A DNA stretch of 63,980 nucleotides, counting the filler, from a bacterium (GTDB taxonomy: Bacteria; JBBIVP01): assembly GCA_037439705.1 (NCBI GenBank). It is 7 parts of 7 records of this genome, joined end to end, with 100 filler letters (N's around TTAATTAATTAA, not from the genome) between each part and the next. Parts side by side here need not be neighbours in the genome. Positions count along the whole stretch, not along the records: positions 37,674 to 46,751 come from JBBIVP010000080.1; positions 46,852 to 55,926 come from JBBIVP010000081.1; 5 more parts are not named here. The stretch is one strand, 5' to 3'. Position 1 is the stretch's first letter. Every line of letters starts with the position of its first letter. Both the position numbers and the translations under genes were made by a program. Shown here piece by piece: positions 38,558 through 49,297 of the stretch. The notes beneath the pieces were generated by a model that saw only the letters and a program-made list of their open reading frames with translations, was not told where the DNA came from and ran no database searches.

Positions 38558-41218
38558 TTACAGAAATCTTCCAACCGAAAAATGAAAGACATTTAACTTT
38601 TCGCCCGTTCTTCTGTCGAGTTTAAAACCCATATCACCTGCCATCTCTCCAATTGGTGTGCTCCACCTTATTCCAAATCCAGCCCCTTCCCTTAACTCAT
38701 TTATGTTAAATTTTTCAGGGCTTTCAAAAACACCACCTCCGTCAAGGAATAAGGCAAAGGAAAGTTTGGTGGTTGCCTTTATGGATAGTTCAAGTCCATA
38801 ATTCACCATAAAATTTCCTCCGATGAATTGATTCGTTACAGGGTCTATCGGAGACGCTGAATCTTCTTCAAACCCCCTTATGGAATTTGAACCTCCGAGA
38901 AAAAACCTTTCTTCAATCGGAACTTTAAAATCCCTTCTGAAACTTATGGCAAATCCTATTCTATTAGTAATTCTCAGATTTACAAAACTGTTCAAAGGAA
39001 TGTATTCCTTCCCCCTTACCACAACTTTTGCATAATCGCCCTCAGAAGCAAATTCTTCAAGAGCCAGATCGGCTCTCGTTTCCAGTATAAATCCTCTTTG
39101 AGGAAGAACCTCATTGTCCCTTCTGTCAAGGATTAAATCAGCAAATAGAAATCCTACAACAGTAAATCTTCCTTCCTCAGCATATTCAGGCGCAACTTCC
39201 ATTGGTTCCCTTCTTCTGAATGTATAACCTCCTGTGAGATAGGCAGACGGAGAAATTTCTGTTCTGTTTATGAAGGAAAGGTCAAGGAATTTGACCTCAA
39301 ATGCGGGTCTGTTGATGTACTTGTAATCTGCACTCAACCCGCCGATCAGATTTCTGTGAAAGAAAACCTTTTTGTTCATTTCCACCTTTCCTTCAAAAAC
39401 TGAAAGCTCATAATTCCTTTCATCAAAAATAACATCGGGTTGCACGCTGTGAATCCATGAGGCTACTTTTCCATAGAAGAATAAATCTATTCCTTCACCG
39501 AAGAGGTCATAAAATCCAAGTCCTCCAAAGACCCTTGCTCCCTCTTCTGTTGCGTAGCCAAATCCAAGGGTAAATCTTCTCATTGCTCTTTCTTTCAGAC
39601 TCACTCCCATATCAATGCTTGTATTTCTTTTAAGGTCAAAGGTTTTTATGCTCATGTCTTTAAAATAATCAAGAGCAGTTAAACGGGTATATATTTTTAA
39701 TCTTGTATCTGGCGTAAAAGGTGAATTTTTTATGTCAGAAACAATAGTATTAAGAAGCCGATTTTTTGCTCTTTTATTTCCCGTAAAAAATATATTTCCA
39801 ACCTTCCACTTTGTTCCTTCTTTTACCTCAACGATGTATTTTAGATAAACTTCATCTTCTGTTTCGTGTATGATATACCTTTTGATGTTAAAATCCGCTT
39901 CAGAAAATCCCGAGTTTTTGAATGTTTCTTTGAATTTTATCAGCTCCTTCTCCATTTCATATACTCCTGAAGGTAATACGGGTTTTTTAAATTTTACGGG
40001 CACAGAAAATGGAGGTTCGAAAATCAATTCATTCACAATATATTTCTTTCCCTCTTCTATTTTTATTACTATCTCATATCCCTTTGGTGTTTCTATTATT
40101 TTTTCTAAAAAGACATCTGCGTCAGGAAAGGATGCTTCCCTGTAAACCCTTTTTATAGCTTCTATATCCCCTTTCAGCCATTCCCTATCAAGAATTCCAT
40201 TTTCATCGTTCAAGATTCTCTTGAACCATTTTACTTCCTTTGTTTTCATAACCCCTTTCAGTTTTTTTTCAGGAATCATTTTTCTTCCTTCAAATTTTAT
40301 TTTTTTAACAAAAAGCCCTCTCCCTTCAAAGATGAGCAGGGTATATATCTTTTCTTCATCTGTTTCCTCAAGTTTTAGTTTCACAATGGTTTTATCAAGT
40401 CCCCTTTTTGCAAGGATTTTTTTTACCTCCGATACAATCGTATCTTCATCAATAAAACCTCTTTCTTCGTGAACCTTCATTGATATTCTTTTAAAATCAT
40501 CATCTGAAAGAAGGTGATATCCTGAAATAACCCTGAATCTGAATTTTTTACCATGGTATACCTTTATTTTCAGAACCTCTCCATTCCCTTCTGATTTCCA
40601 CTCCACCTCAGCTTCAAGAAATCCCTTTTTTGTAAAATTTTCTTTAAACTCTCTGATTTTTTCTTCAACGAGAAATCTTGAAAAATCCATTCCTTTCATA
40701 TCTTTAAAGAATTTGGCATCACCTTCCACTATAACTTCTTTTACGGTATTCCTTTTTCCTCTTTTTAACCGAACGTAGAGGATTACGGACTCCCTTTCAA
40801 ATTTTTCTGATACTTCCACTTCTACTTCTGGATATCCATCGCTTTTTAGTAAATCTTCTATCTCTCCTTTTATCTCCAGAAGTTCATCCTTTGTATAATA
40901 TTCGTTTGTCCTCAAAGAAATCCTTTTTTGAAGCCATTCCCTTTCCCACTTTTTAAAGTTGTAAAATTTTATTTTTTTTAAAAGGAACTTCGTTTTCAAT
41001 GAGATAAGAAAGTCATTTTCCATTTGATAAATTTCAACATAATGGACAAATGGAAATTGCATGAGATACTTTATGAGAAAGGAAACATCCGATGGACTGG
41101 AAAAATCGGTATGAACTTTTTGAACCACATTTTCTATTACCGGTTTATAGGCTTTATTATCAACCTCTATTATTTCCTTTGTGAATATAAAATAAAGAAA
41201 AAGGATGCTAAAACTCAT
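38558..41218 (-). CDS. Omp85-family outer membrane protein (TamA/BamA-like) with POTRA domains
   Basis: POTRA-like repeats, ERFFLGGSNSIRGF, GAGFGIRWSTPIG, C-terminal FHFSVG. Start set at ATG 41218. Confidence 0.88.
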   Translation of the reverse strand: MSFSILFLYFIFTKEIIEVDNKAYKPVIENVVQKVHTDFSSPSDVSFLIKYLMQFPFVHYVEIYQMENDFLISLKTKFLLKKIKFYNFKKWEREWLQKRISLRTNEYYTKDELLEIKGEIEDLLKSDGYPEVEVEVSEKFERESVILYVRLKRGKRNTVKEVIVEGDAKFFKDMKGMDFSRFLVEEKIREFKENFTKKGFLEAEVEWKSEGNGEVLKIKVYHGKKFRFRVISGYHLLSDDDFKRISMKVHEERGFIDEDTIVSEVKKILAKRGLDKTIVKLKLEETDEEKIYTLLIFEGRGLFVKKIKFEGRKMIPEKKLKGVMKTKEVKWFKRILNDENGILDREWLKGDIEAIKRVYREASFPDADVFLEKIIETPKGYEIVIKIEEGKKYIVNELIFEPPFSVPVKFKKPVLPSGVYEMEKELIKFKETFKNSGFSEADFNIKRYIIHETEDEVYLKYIVEVKEGTKWKVGNIFFTGNKRAKNRLLNTIVSDIKNSPFTPDTRLKIYTRLTALDYFKDMSIKTFDLKRNTSIDMGVSLKERAMRRFTLGFGYATEEGARVFGGLGFYDLFGEGIDLFFYGKVASWIHSVQPDVIFDERNYELSVFEGKVEMNKKVFFHRNLIGGLSADYKYINRPAFEVKFLDLSFINRTEISPSAYLTGGYTFRRREPMEVAPEYAEEGRFTVVGFLFADLILDRRDNEVLPQRGFILETRADLALEEFASEGDYAKVVVRGKEYIPLNSFVNLRITNRIGFAISFRRDFKVPIEERFFLGGSNSIRGFEEDSASPIDPVTNQFIGGNFMVNYGLELSIKATTKLSFALFLDGGGVFESPEKFNINELREGAGFGIRWSTPIGEMAGDMGFKLDRRTGEKLNVFHFSVGRFL

Positions 41219-44200
41219 ATTGAAGGATAAGGTCAACCGATATGTTTCCAAGCTCTGAATTGCCAGTAGTCATTTTTGTGTTCCTGTTATCCCATCCACT
41301 TTTTACGGAAAGAGTCCCTGAGGGTCTCCATAAAAATTTGAATTCCTGCTCGTCATAATTCAGGTCCCTTGCATACTCCATCCAGAGTTTTTCTCCAATT
41401 TTTTTCCCAACGCTCATAAATGTGGTGGTTTTGTGAAGGGTTTCGGAATACTTGGGATATATGGTAAATTTATCAAGTCTCCATGTCCTTTTCAGAGATT
41501 CCAGTTCTTTTCCGAGTATTGCACCGGAACCTATTTCATAAATTTTTGCAGTTGCTCCTTCTCCCTTTACAGGATTTTCATAAATATCCTTTATTGTCTT
41601 TCCGGTGAAAAGAAGTGCGAGGAGGTCCTCTCTGCTCAGAGATGGTGAAGAGTATAATTCAACAACAGGAGATTCAGCAGAACCTTTTATGGTGAGATAG
41701 ATTTCATAAGAAGAAGTAATTTCGCTTTCTTCGAAATATGCTCTTTCCTGAGTGGTTTGAGCAAGGATGTCAAGAAATGGAATGAGCCCGCTTCCGTCCC
41801 ATAGGATTTCTCCCTTTCTTATTTCAAAATCCTTTCCAAGATAAGATAGTTTTCCTTCAAAATTCAATTTTCCAGACGCAGTAACGGAAGTTAGACCTCT
41901 TAGTGTAATTTCTCCCTTTCCATTTAAATCGTTCCCTCCCCCTTTTATTTTAACATCCGGAAACTTTATCCTCAGATTTTCAATCTCAATTTCTTTTTTT
42001 GGTGTATTTTCTGTAAAAGAAAAATTTTTTATGAATGAAAGGTCAAAGGGCAGAAAAAGTTTTGTGAACTCAACTTCTCCATTCAGGGATACTCTCTCGG
42101 GGCCTAAAATTCCCCTCAAAGAAGAATTTATCTCCGCATTTAATCCCTCCCTCATAATTTTAAGTTCCTTTGTTTTAATGGTAGCGGAAATAATTCCGTC
42201 CTCAATAGAATATGTTCCTTCAACATTTATTTCTGTCGGGAAATCGGAGTAAATTTTGAAGTGTAAGGTTTTTCCGTCCAGTTCTCCCTCTCCCCATATT
42301 TTTTCAAGTTTTATATATCTGAGGCCAACGGATATGTTCTCAACCCTTATATAACCCTTCACATTTTTAACTGGCTCCTTTAATGGGAAAGATAGATTTC
42401 CCTCTACATATCCCTTTTTTATTTCGTATCCTCCCCAAATTGATAAAATGTCGGGAGGAAACTGGAAGGTCAATTTTGCTTCTTCTTCTGAAAGATTTAA
42501 TCTCACAAATCCGTTTTTTCCTTCAAATGTAAGTTTGCCCTTTGTGTCTTTTATTTTCACCGGCTCTTTCAAATAAAATGTTTCATTGCCCAACCTTATG
42601 GATAAATTTTCAAAAGTTCCTTCTAATTCTGTTTTCCCGTGAGACAATGACGCCAAAAAACAGACATTTATCTTTGAAGAGATATCTTTGAGTTTAAAGA
42701 ATTCTCCTATATCAGAATTTACAAGACATCCTCCAAATTCTGCATCGTTCAATCCCTTTTTATAAAATACAAAATCTTTGTTAATAATCAGAACTTCTTT
42801 TAATTCCTCTCCTATTTCTCCCAGAAAGGAAAAGTCTTCAGATTTTCCATTCAGGGCAAGTAATGGCGAAAAAATTTCTCCATAAACTTCTGCCTGGACC
42901 TCAAGGTTTTTTATTAACTTTACGCTATTAATTTCTGGATTTCCCGATATTTCCGCATATATAACCCCATTTTTATATCCTCCCTCAAAAATCACCGGAT
43001 TACCCTTTAATCCATATCCTTTAAAATGAACCTCACCATCTGAAAAACCTCCCTCCGCATAAAACTTATCAATGCCTTCTCCAAGATAGGTTGCAGATGA
43101 TGTTTCAAGATGCCCGAACATGCTGGGAAGTTTTTCTTTTATTGAGCCTTCCATTAAAAAGTTACCGTTCCATCTGGCAAGGATTTTATTTATTTCTTCT
43201 TTTACAGGTTTAGGAAGTCCTATCATATCTGCAAGTTCTTCTGTTTCTACTTCCTCAAAGGAAGAAATGTGATGAATTGTAGGTTCATCTGAAAAGTCTA
43301 TAAATCCATCGGCAAGCAAACTACCCCCGCTTTTCGTTTTTACAGCACCCGAGTAATAAAGAATTTCATTTCTGTAGAAAATCGTATAATTTCCACTTTC
43401 AAAATGGAGGGGGGTTATTGAATAATTCTCTATTTCTCCTCTGTAGTGCACCGATACATCATTGAACGGACCCGTAATATAAACATCTCCTTTCATCATT
43501 CCTGACATTGGAATTTCCGCTATCGGAGAGAGATAACCTATTTCCAGTGAATGAACCTTTATACTTAAATTCAAACTTTCATCAAAAAAGATGCTTCCAT
43601 CTGCGGTTATATATCCTTTTGAATCAGGAAGGTATATGTTCACATCAATTACCTCAACCCCGTATGGACGAATTTCAAATCTGAGATTTGTTTTTGCGGA
43701 GGGAAATTTTAAAACAGGTTTTATGCAAGGATATGGATACAGTTCCTGACAAACTCTAAAATTGGATGCTGATAATTCTGCATCTCCTTTTATCATTACC
43801 GGTTTTATACTTCCTTCAGCCCTGATATTTCCTGTATAGGTGTTAAAAACCCTTGTTTCCACATGCCCCGTGTTTAGAAGTAGATGCTCAAACGGAACCT
43901 CCACCAGCTCAATTTCAAAGCGGATATTTCCGTTTGAAAAATCTCCTTTTTGAACCTTTAAAAATCCGTCCCCATATTTTATCTTTCCATTTTCAACAAA
44001 TAAAGTTTTATTTTTTATTGAATACCTGAGAAAAAGTTCTCCCTCTTCCGCAAGAAATTTTTTGTATCCTGCTTTTCTGAAAGAGCAATTTGTGTTGACC
44101 TCATCCTTTTCTAAATCATAACTTCCCTCAAAACTTCCATAGCCAAGAGAAAATTCTTTCTCTTTCAGGTTCGTAACAGTTAAATCAAAATCCAGTTTTT

Positions 44201-44876
44201 TTCCGATTTTCCAGTCAAGTTTATGGGCAAAAACCGTTCCGATTTCTGAATCCAGAAGGAGGTTAAAAAGATAAATTCCATTTTTTCTGTAAATAAAATC
44301 CGATGATAAAGCCCTTACCGGAATTTCTTTTGAAGATAATACAAGTTTTTTAAAAGAAAGAATGGTTTCTCCATTTATAATTTCTGAAATTTTATCGGTT
44401 TTAAAACCGAGTATTTCTCCTTCCGCCTCAATTTTTCCTGCAGTTATTTCAAAACGAAGATTTTTTAGGGACAGGAATGAGCCCTCAAGAAAAGGTGGTA
44501 TTGAAATTTTTTCTCCTTTTTCAGTTTTTCCTTCTTTCACAAGAAATTTTACATAACCATTTTCAAACTCAATGCCCCTTAATGGTTTTTTCAGGTCTGT
44601 GAGGAGCCTTTTGAATTTAATGGTGCTTTTCTCTATTTGCGCTGAAACCTCAAAATTTTCTCCCTTTAACTGGTATTTTAAGTTGTTTAATTTTAGAGCC
44701 TGAGAAAGGTAGTCTATTTTCATGGATGAGAAGGAGATTTCTCCGAGGTTCATTTTTGAAAAAATAGCGGGTGCCATCTTTTCAATATATTTTTCAAGAT
44801 ACCTGCTCAAAATCATTAAAAGAAATACAAACAAAAGTATCCCTCCCGAATAAAACAAAATTTTAATTTTCTTCAT
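41208..44876 (-). CDS. tamB: Translocation/assembly module TamB (AsmA-like, DUF490 C-terminus)
   Basis: N-terminal anchor, long beta-rich body, LYSSPSLSREDLLALLFTG, C-terminal YEF; directly upstream of an Omp85 gene. Confidence 0.78.
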   Translation of the reverse strand: MKKIKILFYSGGILLFVFLLMILSRYLEKYIEKMAPAIFSKMNLGEISFSSMKIDYLSQALKLNNLKYQLKGENFEVSAQIEKSTIKFKRLLTDLKKPLRGIEFENGYVKFLVKEGKTEKGEKISIPPFLEGSFLSLKNLRFEITAGKIEAEGEILGFKTDKISEIINGETILSFKKLVLSSKEIPVRALSSDFIYRKNGIYLFNLLLDSEIGTVFAHKLDWKIGKKLDFDLTVTNLKEKEFSLGYGSFEGSYDLEKDEVNTNCSFRKAGYKKFLAEEGELFLRYSIKNKTLFVENGKIKYGDGFLKVQKGDFSNGNIRFEIELVEVPFEHLLLNTGHVETRVFNTYTGNIRAEGSIKPVMIKGDAELSASNFRVCQELYPYPCIKPVLKFPSAKTNLRFEIRPYGVEVIDVNIYLPDSKGYITADGSIFFDESLNLSIKVHSLEIGYLSPIAEIPMSGMMKGDVYITGPFNDVSVHYRGEIENYSITPLHFESGNYTIFYRNEILYYSGAVKTKSGGSLLADGFIDFSDEPTIHHISSFEEVETEELADMIGLPKPVKEEINKILARWNGNFLMEGSIKEKLPSMFGHLETSSATYLGEGIDKFYAEGGFSDGEVHFKGYGLKGNPVIFEGGYKNGVIYAEISGNPEINSVKLIKNLEVQAEVYGEIFSPLLALNGKSEDFSFLGEIGEELKEVLIINKDFVFYKKGLNDAEFGGCLVNSDIGEFFKLKDISSKINVCFLASLSHGKTELEGTFENLSIRLGNETFYLKEPVKIKDTKGKLTFEGKNGFVRLNLSEEEAKLTFQFPPDILSIWGGYEIKKGYVEGNLSFPLKEPVKNVKGYIRVENISVGLRYIKLEKIWGEGELDGKTLHFKIYSDFPTEINVEGTYSIEDGIISATIKTKELKIMREGLNAEINSSLRGILGPERVSLNGEVEFTKLFLPFDLSFIKNFSFTENTPKKEIEIENLRIKFPDVKIKGGGNDLNGKGEITLRGLTSVTASGKLNFEGKLSYLGKDFEIRKGEILWDGSGLIPFLDILAQTTQERAYFEESEITSSYEIYLTIKGSAESPVVELYSSPSLSREDLLALLFTGKTIKDIYENPVKGEGATAKIYEIGSGAILGKELESLKRTWRLDKFTIYPKYSETLHKTTTFMSVGKKIGEKLWMEYARDLNYDEQEFKFLWRPSGTLSVKSGWDNRNTKMTTGNSELGNISVDLILQYEF

Positions 44877-45048
44877 CTTCTTTATCCTTCTTTTTTCTTT
44901 CTACATCCGGGATGTAGTATTCACCTCCCAGCCACTTGCTTAAGTCAATCAGATAACATCTTTCAGAACAGAAGGGACGGTATTTTGAAGTCTCCCACTC
45001 TATTTCCTTCTTGCATATAGGGCATTTTACCTTCATTGGTCTTTTCAA
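44863..45048 (-). CDS. yacG: DNA gyrase inhibitor YacG
   Basis: CPICKK...RPFCSERCYLIDL.KW..Y.IP. Confidence 0.92.
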   Translation of the reverse strand: MKRPMKVKCPICKKEIEWETSKYRPFCSERCYLIDLSKWLGGEYYIPDVERKKKDKEDEEN

Positions 45049-45199
45049 ATTTTACCAGTTAAATCGGGTGTTTTCAAAAGATTGTATAAGTTATATACAT
45101 ATGCGACATTTTATGAGTTTGAATGAGAAAATTTAAGGGGCTTTTTGAACAAGGGATTTGTTTCATCTCTCCCTCTCACTCCTTAATGTCGCTCATATC

Positions 45200-46045
45200 T
45201 TAACTTTTCCAGCTTTCGGCGTTCCTGGAAAGAGTTTCCACGAGGAAATCCTCCTCCATATAAATTCTAACCGGAGAATTTTGAAGGAGGTTTATTATTT
45301 GTGCATAGAGTCTGAACCTTATTCCTCTTGGGTAACGGAGTTTTCCATCCTTGCAAAGAACAAATTCTTCCTTCAGTATAAGAGATTCAGTATTTTTTGA
45401 GTATATTAGTTTTCTCAAAGGAGGTGTCAATCTCAAAACACCCATCTCCAGAACCTCATCAAGGGCAAAAGAGGCCATCTCTAAAAGCCTTTTATATCCT
45501 TCTTCCCATTTTTTATAAAATATTATAGGCTCCAGTCTTATAGCAACCCTGAACCCAATTTCCTTTGTCTTTCTCATTGCTTTTACTCTTTCCGCAACAG
45601 GCGGAACATCCTTTTCTATTATTTTTGAGATATCCTCAGGCATCAGCGACCAGGCAAAGATAATGTTTTTTGACGGTTTAATTTCTCTCAAAAAATCTAC
45701 ATCCGTCCACTTTGTTCTTATCTCAAGTTCCTCATCTGGATATTTTCTGAAAATTTCTATAATTTCAGGGATTATCTGAGAAAACCTGTTTGCCCATAGA
45801 GGTTCAGAATACTCACCGAGATAAAACCTTCTCCTCTTACTTTCTGAAAGCCTTGCTTCAATCTCATCCATCAATGCATTTTTATTTGTATAGACTACAA
45901 TCTCATCAGTAGAAAAATAAGCCTTTAAAAAGCAATATTCACAATTGAAAGGACATCCATTTGCCTCTTCTATGGCAAGTGTTTCAAATGGAAGTCCATA
46001 ATCAACAGGATGGATAAAAGAACCCTTATTTTCCTTATATATCAA
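45200..46045 (-). CDS. Spore photoproduct lyase-like radical SAM protein
   Basis: GCPFNCEYCFL, LEIRTK, FAWSL, DGKLRY, IYME motifs resemble the SplB family. Confidence 0.78.
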   Translation of the reverse strand: MIYKENKGSFIHPVDYGLPFETLAIEEANGCPFNCEYCFLKAYFSTDEIVVYTNKNALMDEIEARLSESKRRRFYLGEYSEPLWANRFSQIIPEIIEIFRKYPDEELEIRTKWTDVDFLREIKPSKNIIFAWSLMPEDISKIIEKDVPPVAERVKAMRKTKEIGFRVAIRLEPIIFYKKWEEGYKRLLEMASFALDEVLEMGVLRLTPPLRKLIYSKNTESLILKEEFVLCKDGKLRYPRGIRFRLYAQIINLLQNSPVRIYMEEDFLVETLSRNAESWKS

Positions 46046-46751
46046 CTCCTTCCACCACTATCCTTCTAATTTTTGAAATAACCTCTTCAAAATTTTCCGG
46101 AATTTTCAATCCATCAAGGATGTTGAAGGTTATTTTCAATTCCACATTGTTTCCTGATAGAAATTCAGGAAGTTTCAGGGTGAATCCGGGAGGAAGTTCA
46201 ATTATAACTTTTTCTATTTCATCCATGCATTTTGATGTCCTTGGATGTGAAAGTTTAAAAATTTCTTCTGAGGCAGATTTGAGCTCAGAAAATTTTTCAA
46301 TGAAACTTATCTCCCTGACCATTCCTGAATAATATCCGTCCTCTAAAAGCCTTAAAAATCTGAGAAAATCTCCACAAGAGCCTTTAATTCTTCCGAGAAA
46401 AGAAAGAATGGGCTTTCTTAAATCCTCAGGAAATTTGAGAACCTCTTTTGCTAATGTGAGATTGATTTTTCCCTGATGAAGGTATTCCACAATTTCAGGG
46501 ATTTCGTCATAAAGTTCAAAGCATTCTTTAAGAAAATTTTTTGATATTTTCAATCCTGATACCTTTTCCCATACTTTAATTATCTCGTCATCCTGAAAAC
46601 CGAGTTTTCTGAACCTGTTAAAAATCAAAATTTTTTCTCCTTCCGAAAAGCCCCTCCATTTTATGTTCAAAGAGATGTGAAAGACAAAGGCTTCTTATAA
46701 AGAACAATTTAGAATATGAGATTGAACTTTTTCTATGGAATGCTTCCCGGC
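46035..46751 (-). CDS. Probable ParB-like protein, C-terminal part (in-frame TAA at 46695-46697 near contig edge)
   Basis: EAFVFHISLNIKWRGFSEGEK resembles the ParB helical segment. The frame is otherwise open to the gap, and it overlaps the start of the radical SAM gene. Confidence 0.45.
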
Positions 46752-46851
46752 NNNNNNNNNNNNNNNNNNNNNNNNNNNNNNNNNNNNNNNNNNNNTTAAT
46801 TAATTAANNNNNNNNNNNNNNNNNNNNNNNNNNNNNNNNNNNNNNNNNNNN
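46752..46851. other. Artificial contig linker
   Basis: N run with TTAATTAATTAA. Confidence 0.98.
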
Positions 46852-46928
46852 TAAAAATGAAAAAATTCAAAAATAAACCAATTGCCAAAAATATCCCCTC
46901 CTTTTTCAGAGACCATTTCACAAAATAC

Positions 46929-46982
46929 TTGACAAATACTATATATTGTGGTAATAATAAAATTATATACAACATTTAGGAG
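46929..46982 (+). promoter_or_regulatory. nrdJ promoter with tandem NrdR boxes
   Basis: TTGACA at 46929. ataCtAtATaTtGtgg (46936-46951) and ataCaAcATtTaGgag (46967-46982) match acaCwAtATaTwGtg and start 31 bp apart. Confidence 0.85.
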
Positions 46983-46989
46983 GTTAAGG

Positions 46990-49236
46990 ATGTTAAATCT
47001 ATCTTCCAATGCGTTGGTGGTTCTTAAGAAGAGGTATTTAAAAAAGGACGAAAAGGGGGAAGTTGTTGAAACTCCTGAGGAGATGTTCAGGAGGGTAGCA
47101 AGGCATATCGCAAGTGCAGAGAAACTTTATAATCCGAATGCTCCCGTAGAGGAATGGGAGGAAAAATTCTATGAACTTATGGCATCTCTTAAATTTCTTC
47201 CAAATTCTCCGACCCTTATGAATGCTGGAAGGGAGCTCGGACAGCTCTCCGCATGTTTTGTGCTTCCCATTGATGATTCTATGGAAAGCATCTTTGAAGC
47301 GATAAAGCACACAGCCCTCATTCACAAATCAGGTGGAGGAACGGGTTTTTCCTTTTCAAGGATTCGTCCAAAAAACGATGTTGTAAAATCCACCAAGGGT
47401 ATTTCAAGTGGTCCAGTATCTTTTATGACAGTTTTTGATGCAGCAACAGAAACGATAAAACAGGGAGGAACGAGGAGGGGAGCAAATATGGGAATATTGA
47501 GGGTTGACCATCCTGATATCCTTGAATTCATAACTTGTAAAACAAAAACAGACAAACTGAACAATTTCAATATCTCCGTTGCTTTGACTGATAAGTTTAT
47601 GAAGGCTGTTGAAAACGATGAGGAGTATGAACTCATAAATCCAAGAAATGGAACAGTTACAGGAAAACTCAGGGCAAGAGAGGCTTTTGAGAAAATTGTT
47701 GAGCAGGCATGGCTCAACGGAGAACCCGGAATTATTTTTATAGATAGAATTAACGAAAAAAATCCAACTCCCCACATCGGAGAGATAGAAAGCACAAATC
47801 CATGCGGTGAGCAACCGCTTTTATCATACGAATCCTGTAATCTCGGTTCAATAAACCTTTCAAAATTTGTAGTTTCAAATGGAAATGGAGCTTTTATAAA
47901 CTGGGATGACCTCAGAGAGACAGTTAGGCTTGCTGTTCGTTTTCTTGACAATGTGATAGATGTGAACAAATTTCCCATTCCAGAAATAGAAAAAATGACA
48001 GTAGGGAACAGAAAAATCGGTCTCGGAGTAATGGGTTTTGCGGATATGCTTCTTGAACTTATGATTCCATACGATCTTGAAACAGCCCTTGAAATGGCGG
48101 AAAAAGTCATGAAATTCATAAGGGATGTGGGATGGGAAACCTCCGAAGCGCTCGCTGAGGAAAAAGGAGTATTTCCCAATTACAAAGGCTCAATTTTTGA
48201 AAAGATGATGAGGAAGATGAGAAACGCTACAGTAACAACCATTGCACCAACCGGTTCCATAAGTCTGATAGCAGGCTGTTCATCTGGAATAGAACCTATC
48301 TTCTCCGTATGTTATTTCAAAAATGTGCTTGACGGAGAAAAGCTTGTTGAGGTAAATCCTGTTTTCAAAAAATTTGCCATAAAAGAAGGTTTTTATTCGG
48401 AAAAACTTATTGAAAAGATTGCTGAACGCGGGACTTTAAGGGATATTGAGGAAGTCCCTGAAAAGTTCAAAAGGGTTTTCGTGTCAGCCCTTGAGATTTC
48501 TCCTGAATGGCATGTTAGGATGCAGGCCGCATTTCAGAAATATACAGATAATGCTGTAAGCAAGACTGTGAACTTTTCACGAGATGCAACGAAAGAGGAC
48601 ATAAAAAAGGTTTATCTTTTGGCATATAAATTAGGATGTAAGGGAGTAACTGTTTACAGGGATGGAAGCAGAGAAAATCAGGTTGTTGAATTTAAAAAGG
48701 AAGAGAAGAAGGAAATAAGATATGTCACTCCAAGGGAGAGGCCGTTGAAGGTAAATGGCGCTACATACAGGATGGTAACTGGTTGCGGAAATCTATATGT
48801 CACTGTCAACTACGATGAACTCGGTCTTTTTGAATGTTTCGCTGCTATGGGAAAGGCTGGAGGGTGTGCTGCTTCGCAGGCAGAGGCGGTAAGCAGGATG
48901 ATTTCCCTTGCTCTGAGGTCAGGGGTTGAACCTGAGGCTATTGTCAAACAACTTAGAGGGGTGAGATGTCCTGCCCCTGGCTGGACAAAGGAAGGCATCA
49001 TCTATTCCTGTGCGGATGCCATAGCAAGGGCTATTGAACTTGCCCTATCAGAAAGAGAGGGATTTCTTCACAGGTCTCAGGAAGGTCCACCAGAAAGAAA
49101 AATTTCTTCACAGGAAAAAAAGGCTTTAAAGGGGATTGACAGAATTTTTGGAATATGTCCCGAATGTGGAGGAACAACCGAAATAGGAGAGGGCTGTTTT
49201 AAATGCCTCTTCTGCGGATATTCAAACTGTTATTGA
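46990..49236 (+). CDS. nrdJ: Class II (adenosylcobalamin-dependent) ribonucleotide reductase with C-terminal TSCPD/zinc-ribbon domain
   Basis: PNSPTLMNAG, LSACFV, RRGANM, TNPCGEQ, CNLGS, TIAPTG, AVSKTVN, YRDGSR, C-terminal CPECG..C..CG. RBS aggagg before ATG 46990. Confidence 0.95.
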   Translation: MLNLSSNALVVLKKRYLKKDEKGEVVETPEEMFRRVARHIASAEKLYNPNAPVEEWEEKFYELMASLKFLPNSPTLMNAGRELGQLSACFVLPIDDSMESIFEAIKHTALIHKSGGGTGFSFSRIRPKNDVVKSTKGISSGPVSFMTVFDAATETIKQGGTRRGANMGILRVDHPDILEFITCKTKTDKLNNFNISVALTDKFMKAVENDEEYELINPRNGTVTGKLRAREAFEKIVEQAWLNGEPGIIFIDRINEKNPTPHIGEIESTNPCGEQPLLSYESCNLGSINLSKFVVSNGNGAFINWDDLRETVRLAVRFLDNVIDVNKFPIPEIEKMTVGNRKIGLGVMGFADMLLELMIPYDLETALEMAEKVMKFIRDVGWETSEALAEEKGVFPNYKGSIFEKMMRKMRNATVTTIAPTGSISLIAGCSSGIEPIFSVCYFKNVLDGEKLVEVNPVFKKFAIKEGFYSEKLIEKIAERGTLRDIEEVPEKFKRVFVSALEISPEWHVRMQAAFQKYTDNAVSKTVNFSRDATKEDIKKVYLLAYKLGCKGVTVYRDGSRENQVVEFKKEEKKEIRYVTPRERPLKVNGATYRMVTGCGNLYVTVNYDELGLFECFAAMGKAGGCAASQAEAVSRMISLALRSGVEPEAIVKQLRGVRCPAPGWTKEGIIYSCADAIARAIELALSEREGFLHRSQEGPPERKISSQEKKALKGIDRIFGICPECGGTTEIGEGCFKCLFCGYSNCY

Positions 49237-49297
49237 AAGAAGAACAGCACAGTTAAAAATTTGAAAATAAAAAATGATATCTTTATGATAATTAATA

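Noticed and set aside
47322-48179. Long antisense ORFs in the ORF track (this 285-aa ORF, 55227-55844, 52738-53268 and others)
   Set aside because: They are shadows of well-supported genes on the opposite strand and show no recognisable motifs.
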